Origin: a virus
Lineage: Duplodnaviria > Caudoviricetes
Length of the DNA: 56,773 nucleotides
IMG/VR virus record: IMGVR_UViG_3300025128_000043
Span: 1-56,773 of that record
Reading direction: 5' to 3' (one strand)
Shown: one piece after another, positions 1-8,203 of the stretch
Layout of the letters: each line of letters starts with the position of its first letter
Position numbering within the stretch: the stretch's first letter is position 1
Translations under genes and position numbers: made by a program
The notes under the pieces: generated by a model
What the model was told of the DNA's origin: nothing
The model's input: the letters and a program-made list of their open reading frames with translations, nothing else
Databases searched by the model: none

Positions 1-99
1 GTATATTTGCCGATACAAAAGCAAGGGTGGTGTTGATGATCTTAAAAAAGCTCGCCATTACATAGATTTACTTATTGAGGTGGAACAATGAATAAAAAC
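1..99. repeat. Exact 99-bp repeat, copy 1 (copy 2 at 56294-56392); contig circularisation overlap
   Basis: gtatatttgcc...atgaataaaaac is identical at both positions and diverges at the 100th base. Confidence 0.95.
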
Positions 100-243
100 G
101 CCCTAAAAAAACGCCGTATCGTTGCTGTCAAAAAAATTCTAGCTAAGAAACTTCCAGCAGACATGAAGCACTACTGGACTAAAGTATTGAGAGCTTTGCA
201 ACCCTGGGAATTAGAAAAACGAAACTTGAGAATTGAGGAGTAA
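88..243 (+). CDS. Small basic hypothetical protein (MNKNALKKRRIVAVKK..., 51 aa), allele A
   Basis: Hand-translated; ATGA overlap with upstream stop; diverged homolog at 56473-56652. Confidence 0.75.
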   Translation: MNKNALKKRRIVAVKKILAKKLPADMKHYWTKVLRALQPWELEKRNLRIEE

Positions 244-251
244 AGAAAAAG

Positions 252-380
252 ATGGGGAAGGGAAGCAAGCAGAGGCCAATTCTTAATAAACAAAGGTTTA
301 GCAATGAGTTTGATAGAATATTCAAGAAGTCTACAAACCACAAAAAATCAAAGAAAAAAGATACAAAAGCTCCAAGATGA
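252..380 (+). CDS. Small basic hypothetical protein (MGKGSKQRP...FDRIF, 42 aa), allele A
   Basis: Hand-translated; homolog at 56645-56773 keeps KGSKQRP and FDRIF. Confidence 0.75.
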   Translation: MGKGSKQRPILNKQRFSNEFDRIFKKSTNHKKSKKKDTKAPR

Positions 381-868
381 CTCCAATCGTTAAAAAAGCA
401 CTCGGCTGGCTTCAGAAAAAAAGCAACTTTGTACGACTTTACAACATCGATGTAAAAACCGATCCGGTAAGGCCAGAGCTAAGTCTCAGGTGGAGAACTT
501 CATTCGATAGACAAATTTATGGTCTAAAGCAGGGTGATGAAATTCAGGCGGTTGTTTGCTTGGCCTTTACCAATGAAATTCCTCACACGATTCGTGAGTT
601 AGACCTAATGAGCAAAGTTAGCAAGTACGAGAAGAATGCAGAGATTGCCATCGCTTACACCGTTTGGAGTAACAAAAAAGGGGTAGGTGCTGGTAGAGAA
701 ATTATGAAAGAAGTGCTTGAGTACGCAAAAGCACAACATTTGCAAAGAGTTGTCACACTAAGCCCTTTAACACCACTGGCAACTCATTTCCATATCAAAT
801 GTGGAGCAAAGTTGATTTCTCTTAATTCAGAGACACAGAATTTTGAATACAGAATTAGAAAGAATTAA
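377..868 (+). CDS. GNAT-fold protein, resembling the malonyl-CoA decarboxylase C-terminal domain or an acetyltransferase
   Basis: AIAYTVWS..KGVGAGREIM..VVTLSP fits an acyl-CoA-binding GNAT pattern. Confidence 0.55.
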   Translation: MTPIVKKALGWLQKKSNFVRLYNIDVKTDPVRPELSLRWRTSFDRQIYGLKQGDEIQAVVCLAFTNEIPHTIRELDLMSKVSKYEKNAEIAIAYTVWSNKKGVGAGREIMKEVLEYAKAQHLQRVVTLSPLTPLATHFHIKCGAKLISLNSETQNFEYRIRKN

Positions 869-1023
869 AAGTGTCAACCCTTTAGGATTTTCTTTCACTC
901 TGCCCCATCTCAAAATTAAGATGGCTTACCTATGCGGTTTATTTTGCGCAAACCAAAATTGAACCCTCTGTACCCCGCGTCATTGCTGGGGTCATCCAAC
1001 TTTTCTGAATGAAATCAATAGCC

Positions 1024-1080
1024 TAAGTCATTGATTTAAGGGGGCGTGGTATAATAGGTATGTAAGTCAATGACTTACAT
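1024..1080 (+). promoter_or_regulatory. Extended -10 promoter flanked by IHF-consensus sites and a perfect palindrome
   Basis: TGGTATAAT at 1047-1055; TAAGTCATTGATT (1024-1036) is WATCAANNNNTTR on the minus strand; ATGTAAGTCA-A-TGACTTACAT at 1060-1080. Confidence 0.65.
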
Positions 1081-1156
1081 CGTTCTTTAACAATAAGGTT
1101 ATAAAAAAGAAAAGCCCCGCGTGTTGCGAGGCTTAGATTTCAGTGAGGAAATCGTA

Positions 1157-1426
1157 ATGAATAGTATCACAAAGCTTGACATAAAAAACTATCGAGACTA
1201 TGAGCAGACGCGAACCGCCATAATCGTCAGCACCGGAAGAAAATGGATGAAGGTGCTGGTGGTTGAAGCGGGTAGGCTCAAGATAGTGCGCAGACCTTTA
1301 TCCGATATGTCGTACATGACATCAGCGATAACCAACCAACGCAAGGCGAAAGCCACTTTGCGTAGAATGGCGAGGAAGCGCGGAACGGCTAAAGCGGTTC
1401 GCTCTTTCTTGGGGGGGTTGCTATGA
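1157..1426 (+). CDS. Basic hypothetical protein
   Basis: ORF; GAGGA RBS before ATG 1157. Confidence 0.7.
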   Translation: MNSITKLDIKNYRDYEQTRTAIIVSTGRKWMKVLVVEAGRLKIVRRPLSDMSYMTSAITNQRKAKATLRRMARKRGTAKAVRSFLGGLL

Positions 1427-1851
1427 AGCTCAACACTCTTCGGGCAAACGGATGGACTTCGACAAAATGGTGCGGCCCAACAGCACTGGCCTTAATCACC
1501 GGGAGAACCCTAAAGTTCTGCCACAACAAGTTGGCGCGGATAGAAGGCAAAGAGCCGCGCTACCTGAGAGGGGTTTATCAACCCTCCATGAGAAGGGCGT
1601 TGCGGGAAATGGGCTACCAGCCGGAGCGTATACCTCTTGTCCGGCAAAAAATGACGCTGCGCAAGTACATCGAGGAAGTTCAGACCACCGAACATTTCCG
1701 AGGCGTCATGCTGGTCAACGTCACACGGCACTACGTGGTCATTAACAAGGGCATGGTGGTGGACAACCACAGGATTCTGCCATTGCCTGTTCGTGAACAT
1801 CCAGCGTGGCGTAAGCGCATTGACGGTGCGTGGATTGTAAAAAGGAAGTAA
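1423..1851 (+). CDS. Putative papain-like (C39-type) Cys-peptidase-fold protein
   Basis: WCGPTALA ... RHYVVI ... VDN gives a Cys-His-Asp arrangement. Confidence 0.45.
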   Translation: MKLNTLRANGWTSTKWCGPTALALITGRTLKFCHNKLARIEGKEPRYLRGVYQPSMRRALREMGYQPERIPLVRQKMTLRKYIEEVQTTEHFRGVMLVNVTRHYVVINKGMVVDNHRILPLPVREHPAWRKRIDGAWIVKRK

Positions 1852-1856
1852 CCACT

Positions 1857-1888
1857 AAGCCTCGGTCTTTGGATCGGGGCTTTTTTTT
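1857..1888 (+). terminator. Rho-independent terminator between convergent genes
   Basis: aagcctcggtc-tttg-gatcggggctt stem followed by a T tract. Confidence 0.85.
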
Positions 1889-1890
1889 AA

Positions 1891-3675
1891 CTAAGAAGAA
1901 AGCGTGTAAACGCTTAGTTTCTCGCTCTTGCCTTTGACTTCGATGGAATCTAGGTACTCCACCATATCAGGAACCTCTTGAGCAGTAGCCTCTCCGATCA
2001 ATACATCCTGCTCGTATTTTCTAGTGCTGGACTCTAACCTGGCAGCAACATTCACCGAATCACCGATAGCGGAATAGTCAAATCGCTTGTCTCCCCCGAC
2101 ATTGCCAATAACGCAAGGGCCAGTGTTGACTCCGATGCCAATGCCTAGCCTGGGCAATCCTTCTGCTTCTATTTCTTTGTTCAGTTCTTCCAATGCCACC
2201 AACATCATTGCGGCACAAGTCACTGCCCGTTCTTGATGGTCTTCACAGTCAACTGGTGCGCCCCAGAACGCCATCACGCAATCGCCCATGTACTTGTCTA
2301 TCGTTCCATCCAGTGATAGCACTACATCTGTCAATGCTGAAAGCAGTCTGTTGATAAGAGTCACTAACCCTTGGGGATCGTTGTTATTCTTGAAATGCTC
2401 TGAGATGGGGGTGAAGCCAACGATGTCGCAAAAGAGGAAACTTAATGTCTTGGTATCACCACCTAATCTCATCAGGGAAGGGTCATCGACCAACTGCTGA
2501 ACTAATTTTGGGGAAACATATGTCCCAAACATCCCCTTGATCTGGAGCTTTTGCCGATACTCGCTAATCATTCTCTGCCCAACACCCACTGAACCGATGG
2601 TCAGGCTACACAGAATAGGCCATGCCGCATCGACCAATATACCAGCCCTTAAATAGCCTAAGACCGATCCTGTTGCCGTCAGAGCGCCGACAACGACAAT
2701 GCCTAGTGGAACACTCATCACAGGCAAACGGCTTGCAGAGAAGGCTGTGAGCAGTCCTATGGCTAATATCAGCAAGACTTCTCCACCCAAGGCCCAATTT
2801 GGGCGAACAGGCGAGGTTCCTGCCAACAAAGTCTCGAACAGTGTCGCTTGAATCTCATGTGGAAACATAAGACCCCTCGGAGTAGGTACGAGCGGAGTAA
2901 TACCAGCCGCAGTCACACCCACAAAGATGATAGTACCTTCTGTCGGTTGCTGGGCAAACGTGGTTCCCCAATCAATCCATACCCTTCCTGCTGAATCAGT
3001 ATTGATGGTATCGAAGTTAGGCACTCTAACCGCCTCTATGCCTGTCTCAGAGCCTCTGACTTGGTAGGAAGGATCACCAGCCAGTCCACGCAAAACATCA
3101 AGCCCAAGGGCCGGATACAGGCTCTCACCAACCCTGACCACCATCGGCACTCGTCTAACTAGACCATCGACCTCTGGGGCCGTGTTAACTATGCCCGTAC
3201 CGATAGCTGAGTCCTGCAATACCTGCACATTCGGCAGGATGCCAGGGTAGTTAATGGCGTTTTCATTGACCTGACCCAGTGTGGCTACGCCGATATGCCA
3301 GCCTTCCTGTCGATCTGTGCTGGTTGTAGCTACGGCTGAGAGAAATGTTGGTAGTTGCCCCATGCTCTCGGCAAATTCAGCATCACCCCCAAATCGGTCT
3401 GTTTCGGGGAATAAAACCGAATACACAACTGCCGCTGCCCCTGAATCGAGAAGATAACGGTTAAGCTCTGCAAGTTGCTGACGAGGCCAGGGCCATTGAC
3501 CCCCCTCGGCTAATGCGGCTTCGTCTATGTTGTAAAGAGAAATGTTCTGACTTTGAACTGGCTCGGTAATCGTAAGCAGAGCATCAAAATACTTGAGTCT
3601 CAGAGTTTCTACAGGCCAGGGATCGACAACACGAAGAAGTAATAATCCAGCCAGCAAAGCAAGTAAAACCTTCAA
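1891..3675 (-). CDS. CHASE2-domain membrane class III adenylyl cyclase
   Basis: IDEAAL..GQWPWPR and DGLVRRVP (CHASE2); three TM helices; FCDIVGFT, DKYMGDCVMAFWG and DYSAIGDSVNVAARLES catalytic motifs. Confidence 0.93.
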   Translation of the reverse strand: MKVLLALLAGLLLLRVVDPWPVETLRLKYFDALLTITEPVQSQNISLYNIDEAALAEGGQWPWPRQQLAELNRYLLDSGAAAVVYSVLFPETDRFGGDAEFAESMGQLPTFLSAVATTSTDRQEGWHIGVATLGQVNENAINYPGILPNVQVLQDSAIGTGIVNTAPEVDGLVRRVPMVVRVGESLYPALGLDVLRGLAGDPSYQVRGSETGIEAVRVPNFDTINTDSAGRVWIDWGTTFAQQPTEGTIIFVGVTAAGITPLVPTPRGLMFPHEIQATLFETLLAGTSPVRPNWALGGEVLLILAIGLLTAFSASRLPVMSVPLGIVVVGALTATGSVLGYLRAGILVDAAWPILCSLTIGSVGVGQRMISEYRQKLQIKGMFGTYVSPKLVQQLVDDPSLMRLGGDTKTLSFLFCDIVGFTPISEHFKNNNDPQGLVTLINRLLSALTDVVLSLDGTIDKYMGDCVMAFWGAPVDCEDHQERAVTCAAMMLVALEELNKEIEAEGLPRLGIGIGVNTGPCVIGNVGGDKRFDYSAIGDSVNVAARLESSTRKYEQDVLIGEATAQEVPDMVEYLDSIEVKGKSEKLSVYTLSS

Positions 3676-3938
3676 TGTACGTCATACTCCCACCATTGAA
3701 TGATCGCAGACCACGGAATAACCATTGGTGTGTTAATAATATCAGGGTGTTTCTCGTAAATATCAGTGGATAAAATCAGACACTCTTCATTGTCTTTAGA
3801 AATAACATATCCTACGGTTGATCGCAGGACAGGAAGAAGCTCCATTGCGTCTTTCATCGTTACATCTTTTGGGTCGATCCAAGCATCCTCCCATATGACC
3901 TGAGCAATTTTATGTCGAGTGCTAAAACTGTCTACCAT
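3672..3938 (-). CDS. Conserved phage hypothetical protein
   Basis: WEDAW..STVGYV..IPW pattern; overlaps both neighbours. Confidence 0.7.
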   Translation of the reverse strand: MVDSFSTRHKIAQVIWEDAWIDPKDVTMKDAMELLPVLRSTVGYVISKDNEECLILSTDIYEKHPDIINTPMVIPWSAIIQWWEYDVH

Positions 3939-4225
3939 TTAACTTTATTTGCCCAATAAGCCGCACTCATTTTGCCTTTCTTAATGTTTTTTCCATGTCT
4001 TGCTTTGAAAGATTTTCGTCTGGCTTTCTGCTTGGCAGACTCTCCAGCTTTAGGCTTACCCGCCGTCTTGACCCCCTGCTGGCCGAAACGAATGGTCTTA
4101 ATTTTGTCACCTTCTTTGGCAACAACAATGTGAGACTTCTTTGGATGATTCGGGGTGCGCTTTGGCTTATTAAAACCAGCAACACCCGCCCTCGCTAATC
4201 TTGGATCTTTTTTCTTTGGCATCAC
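3932..4225 (-). CDS. Lys/Arg-rich small phage protein
   Basis: Very basic; RFGQQG..RKSFKARH..SAAYWANKVKW. Confidence 0.8.
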   Translation of the reverse strand: MMPKKKDPRLARAGVAGFNKPKRTPNHPKKSHIVVAKEGDKIKTIRFGQQGVKTAGKPKAGESAKQKARRKSFKARHGKNIKKGKMSAAYWANKVKW

Positions 4226-4473
4226 TTCCCAGCCTTTCTGTATTTACGGGTTTTTTTGGCTATCTTCTTAGGTTGTTTACTGACCTTCTTGCCTTTTTTG
4301 GTATCTTCTCGCTTTTTTCGAGTAGTTGCAGCGTATTCTTTAGAAGATAGCGCCTTAATTGCAGCACTCGGTAAGTACCTTTCACCTGTCTTTGCTGAAG
4401 GCTTACCACTTTTAGTACGCCATTTCTGCTTTGTCCAGGCTTTGAGGGACTTTTGAGATTTTTTCAAAGCCAT
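4222..4473 (-). CDS. Lys-rich small protein (DUF5872-like C-terminal half)
   Basis: SQKSLKAWTKQKW..ERYLP. Confidence 0.75.
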   Translation of the reverse strand: MALKKSQKSLKAWTKQKWRTKSGKPSAKTGERYLPSAAIKALSSKEYAATTRKKREDTKKGKKVSKQPKKIAKKTRKYRKAGK

Positions 4474-4655
4474 TACTTACCCCACTGACTCTTGGCTTTT
4501 TTCTTGGCAGTCTTGCCCAAATCGCCGTAATGAAAAATAGGCTTGCTCGTTTTAGTGTGTGTTTTGTTGGTGTGCAATGCACCATCAGGCATCTTGTGAT
4601 ATGAACCCTTCCATTCCTTACCGTCTTTCAGGTAATGCTTAACATTCATTCCCAT
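4473..4655 (-). CDS. Small Lys/His-rich protein
   Basis: HKMPDG..HT motif; stop/start overlaps with neighbours. Confidence 0.7.
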   Translation of the reverse strand: MGMNVKHYLKDGKEWKGSYHKMPDGALHTNKTHTKTSKPIFHYGDLGKTAKKKAKSQWGK

Positions 4656-4846
4656 TACTTATAACCTCCGCCTTTTGCTTTATATTCTTTAGCAAGCATT
4701 TGAGCTTTTCTAGCCGACCATTGACCTGCCTTACCGCCCTTAGTTCCTGCTTTAATCTTGTTAAACAGGTTTTTTCTCATGGTAGGCTTTGTATAATTGC
4801 CAGCCTCATTAACTTTTGACTTAGTTTTAGTTTTTTTCTTTGGCAT
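4655..4846 (-). CDS. Lys-rich small protein (DUF5872-like N-terminal half)
   Basis: YTKPTMRK..GGKAGQWSARKAQMLAKEYKAKGGGYK. Confidence 0.78.
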   Translation of the reverse strand: MPKKKTKTKSKVNEAGNYTKPTMRKNLFNKIKAGTKGGKAGQWSARKAQMLAKEYKAKGGGYK

Positions 4847-4854
4847 CTTGACCC

Positions 4855-5640
4855 CTAATCAAACTGATTAATTGTGACAGTTTTATTGCAATTAGATGTG
4901 CAATCAAGGGTTACTGTGTAACCTTTTGCACTTACCCCTGTTTGCGTAGCATTAACCGTATAGTTTCCTTGGGCTACAGTAATATTAGAAACATGAGCGC
5001 CATCCCCGCTCTGAGTTAAATTCACAGTGGAATTGTCGCTTGGGTTATTCTTAAACTCGATATCCCCATCTTTATTGCCTGAACCGCTCTGAGTAATCGT
5101 GGCATCGTTATTGTTACAATTATTACAAGACTTGATATAGGCATTGTGATCGCCTGATCCTGATTGAGTTACAGTCCATGCGCTGTCATCACCAAACGCA
5201 TAAAACTTGGCGTAATGCTCACCTGATCCTGATTGAGAAATGGTGTAAACATTATCATCGCCTGACATATAAACTTCAGCTTCCAAGTCATCGCCCGTTT
5301 GGGTGATTGTCATTTCGTTATTGTCTTCATCGGCATCTATGTAACCAATATTATCATTGCCATCCTGATTAATAGTGTACTCATTCCCCGTGTGATTGGT
5401 GTATTGACTATACGCTTTGGCAAGATTGCCTGTTCCATCCTGATCTATGTCAATAGTGGCGCTGGAGCAGGTATGGGTAGTATAGGTTCCGTTACTCAGA
5501 CCACACCAAACTCTCGCTGTGTTACCCGACCCGATCTGGTCTATATAAATACTGGTATTGGAACCTTTAGTGTCAATCTCTACAGAGTTATCTGATGCCC
5601 ACAGAGGAAAACTAAGGAGACTGATTAATATAAATCGCAT
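4855..5640 (-). CDS. Secreted curlin-repeat (CsgA/CsgB-like) protein 2
   Basis: Signal peptide (..PLWA/SD); about nine repeats of roughly 23 aa with I/V-x-Q-x-G-x-x-N/H. Confidence 0.8.
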   Translation of the reverse strand: MRFILISLLSFPLWASDNSVEIDTKGSNTSIYIDQIGSGNTARVWCGLSNGTYTTHTCSSATIDIDQDGTGNLAKAYSQYTNHTGNEYTINQDGNDNIGYIDADEDNNEMTITQTGDDLEAEVYMSGDDNVYTISQSGSGEHYAKFYAFGDDSAWTVTQSGSGDHNAYIKSCNNCNNNDATITQSGSGNKDGDIEFKNNPSDNSTVNLTQSGDGAHVSNITVAQGNYTVNATQTGVSAKGYTVTLDCTSNCNKTVTINQFD

Positions 5641-6694
5641 TTTCTCCTCCCCCGTTAATAATAATGTCCAGTTTTTTCCCTGCCGTCATTACAGAAATAT
5701 TGTACGCATTGCCCTTGTCAAGCTCTAAATCAAAGGTATTTTCCACGCTACGATAAACCGTCAGCACTTCCCCTTCAACAAACGTATAGGTCTGATTCTG
5801 TTGATCGAAACCAGGCAGAATACCCTCTATTTGCACTCCGCTTATTTCTGCTACTTCTTTTTTCTCGGTTGCCGATACCTCAATAATGTCCAGTAAGTCA
5901 GTCAGGAAATCGACATTCAACAGGTCAATGTCCAACCTGCCAATCTCGTCCTGTAATTCATCCTCGTCCAGTTCATTCTCATCAAGCTCTGTTTCTTCAA
6001 GCAAATCCACATCTAGGATGTTAGAAGCCGTGCCTGATTGTTCTTCCACCACCTCGGTAATCTCGTCAGGGGGGCTGACAATAAGCAGGTTGTCGATGAA
6101 TCCCAGTGTCATATTCGATAACACAACGGGCCGTGTCGGAGCCGCCTCTGAAACAGTGGTCATGGTTGCCTGAAACGGCTGGTTTAATACCACCACACTG
6201 GTAGCTGTTTCTACAGTAATCTCACCACTGGAACTCCCGTCTTCATTGGGCAGCAGGATAACCAGGCTACGGCCTATCTCGTCCACAGTAGTAGTAAAAT
6301 CCGTGCCTCGTATCGCAATAGTCGCGGTGGGTGTGCGGATTGCAATATTTTCTTTATTAATCCTGCCTAATGCACCTGTAAGGAACCTTGCTGTACCACT
6401 TGCCATGTTCAATGCTAAACGGCTACGAGCAGGATCAGGATCAAACACAAAGTCATCTATAACAATCTTGCTGTGTTCCGTGAGCCTTAAAACGGAGTCA
6501 TCCAGAAAAGATATTGCGAGCCTGCCGTTGCCAGTACGCACATCATCGTAACTGGCAATGTCTAAGTCCAGTTCTGCTGTAAGAGAATCTGTGGTGTCTT
6601 GTCGAACAACCTCACCGATACCGCGAAGCTCGGTTATCTCACCAACCTGAGCATTAACTGCCAGTGGAAAAAGAACTAACAGCCACTTGTGCAT
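5612..6694 (-). CDS. Exported FecR-domain protein with acidic linker
   Basis: Signal peptide (AVNA/Q); DDVRTG..FLDDSVLRLTEHS..IRTPTATIAIRGTDF FecR motifs. Confidence 0.85.
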   Translation of the reverse strand: MHKWLLVLFPLAVNAQVGEITELRGIGEVVRQDTTDSLTAELDLDIASYDDVRTGNGRLAISFLDDSVLRLTEHSKIVIDDFVFDPDPARSRLALNMASGTARFLTGALGRINKENIAIRTPTATIAIRGTDFTTTVDEIGRSLVILLPNEDGSSSGEITVETATSVVVLNQPFQATMTTVSEAAPTRPVVLSNMTLGFIDNLLIVSPPDEITEVVEEQSGTASNILDVDLLEETELDENELDEDELQDEIGRLDIDLLNVDFLTDLLDIIEVSATEKKEVAEISGVQIEGILPGFDQQNQTYTFVEGEVLTVYRSVENTFDLELDKGNAYNISVMTAGKKLDIIINGGGENAIYINQSP

Positions 6695-7389
6695 TGGTCA
6701 ACATCAATCACGCCACTGGTTGTAGTCGCAACGATATCAAGCACGTTGCTCACGCTACCGCCGTTACTGGTCTGGTCTACGTCAATATTGTTACTGTTTC
6801 CTGTGATATTTGCCGTAATAGAATGATCTGAGTTGTTGGCTTGGGTCGTGTCTATATCGTTAGAATCACCGTCAACCGTCCAGTTATTCACACATCCGAC
6901 CACGTTGCATGTCACAGCCAGGTTATTTGACGTTCCGCTAACATCGAAGTCGGCGTTCGCGGCTGTTGCTGTTGCTGCATCACCCTGAGTGTATACCAGC
7001 ACATTGGAGTCTCCAGTAGCAGCAAAATCGAAGTCGGTATTCTGGACATCACCTGTTGCGCCAAGCGCCAGCGTCTGCGTATTAGAATCACCAGTAGAAG
7101 ACAACGTGAAGCTAGTTGAGTTACCCTGTGCCACTGTCGCTGCAATCACATTTGAATCACCAATCTGGTCAATATCAACAGTCATACCTGTTCCTGTAAG
7201 GGAAACTCTTGCATTGCTAGTGCCTATTACGTTTGAGCCACCAATCTGGTCGATATTCATCGTCAATGCTGACGACCCACCGCTTTGAGTAATATAAATA
7301 GAATTGTTTGCCGCTAATGCAGAAACAGCAAACGCTAAGAACAACAAATAAAAGGCCCAGACTACACAAAAGTTAATTAAGATTTTCAT
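6676..7389 (-). CDS. Secreted curlin-like beta-solenoid protein 1
   Basis: Signal peptide (ALA/AN); repeats IDQIGGSN, IDQIGDSN, TGDSN, GTSN, GDSN, GNSN. Confidence 0.75.
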   Translation of the reverse strand: MKILINFCVVWAFYLLFLAFAVSALAANNSIYITQSGGSSALTMNIDQIGGSNVIGTSNARVSLTGTGMTVDIDQIGDSNVIAATVAQGNSTSFTLSSTGDSNTQTLALGATGDVQNTDFDFAATGDSNVLVYTQGDAATATAANADFDVSGTSNNLAVTCNVVGCVNNWTVDGDSNDIDTTQANNSDHSITANITGNSNNIDVDQTSNGGSVSNVLDIVATTTSGVIDVDQCTSGC

Positions 7390-8203
7390 TTTCGGTCTCC
7401 TCTGTTTGTGGCTGATAATCCCACAAGTCCTGTGCTATGCCCTGATGCACTATTTCAAGCACTGCTTGCTCAATGGCACTCCTGACGGCATAGGTTGCTG
7501 TTTCATTTCTAGCAACGCCAGCTTCAACCTCAACTAATTCAGTACCGTTTTCCGTAAATCTAAACGTATCAAATCCCGTTGATGTTGAATATACCTGTTT
7601 ACTGGTGATTACATTTAATAAAATTTGTCCGGTTTGCACCAAAACAACTCTGAGAGCCACTGTAACCTCGTCTACGCGATGTTGTGCGTTAAGCCCTATG
7701 CCCAGATACCTAGCGCCTATACCGCCGCTTCTGAGGTTTGTGTCGTAACCAATGATACCACCTGACATTATCAATCCGCTGAACAACAATGGCTGTAGCT
7801 GGTTTGCACCCTCACCGTCATAAGTGCTTCTGGTGGATATAATCAGTTGTCTTTCCCGCGTGAGGGAGTCTAATTCACCCCGTTCCGCGATTAAAAACCA
7901 TTTTCCATCTCCCGCAGCCATGAGTGCGTCAATCAGGAAAGAATCAGCCCCCTGCGTTACAGCAGTAGAAAATAACGCCATGTTATCCGCCGTGGCCCTT
8001 TGTCCGGTCATATCCAAAAAAGAATAAACGCTAACTACAGCCTTCTGGCGTGGCATGGGTAAATTAACCAGTTCTGTCAGCGTAGGGCGCTTTACCTCTG
8101 GTGGTGGCGAGCAGTAATTACTTAGCGTCCCGCATCGGTACGGATCAACACTAACACAACCAGAAAGTGCTAATACTGCTAAACATAAAGTTAGATACCG
8201 CAC
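7373..8203 (-). CDS. csgG: Curli secretion channel lipoprotein CsgG
   Basis: Lipobox LSGC; VSVYSFLDMTGQ, FSTAVTQGA, ER..LTRERQLI, GGIIGYDTN..GGIGARYLGIG, DEVTVALR. Confidence 0.93.
   Translation of the reverse strand: MRYLTLCLAVLALSGCVSVDPYRCGTLSNYCSPPPEVKRPTLTELVNLPMPRQKAVVSVYSFLDMTGQRATADNMALFSTAVTQGADSFLIDALMAAGDGKWFLIAERGELDSLTRERQLIISTRSTYDGEGANQLQPLLFSGLIMSGGIIGYDTNLRSGGIGARYLGIGLNAQHRVDEVTVALRVVLVQTGQILLNVITSKQVYSTSTGFDTFRFTENGTELVEVEAGVARNETATYAVRSAIEQAVLEIVHQGIAQDLWDYQPQTEETENENLN

Noticed and set aside
1-99. Biological direct terminal repeat or att site
   Set aside because: Starts mid-gene, is exactly 99 bp and is followed by 380 more bases; better explained as an assembly overlap. 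No integrase seen.
869-1120. tRNA or tmRNA in intergenic DNA (also 42217-43393)
   Set aside because: No cloverleaf with T-loop consensus recognised by eye; tRNAscan/ARAGORN not run
1891-3675. Pycsar/CBASS defence cyclase
   Set aside because: CHASE2 plus TM receptor architecture, adenylyl-type residues and no adjacent cNMP-binding effector
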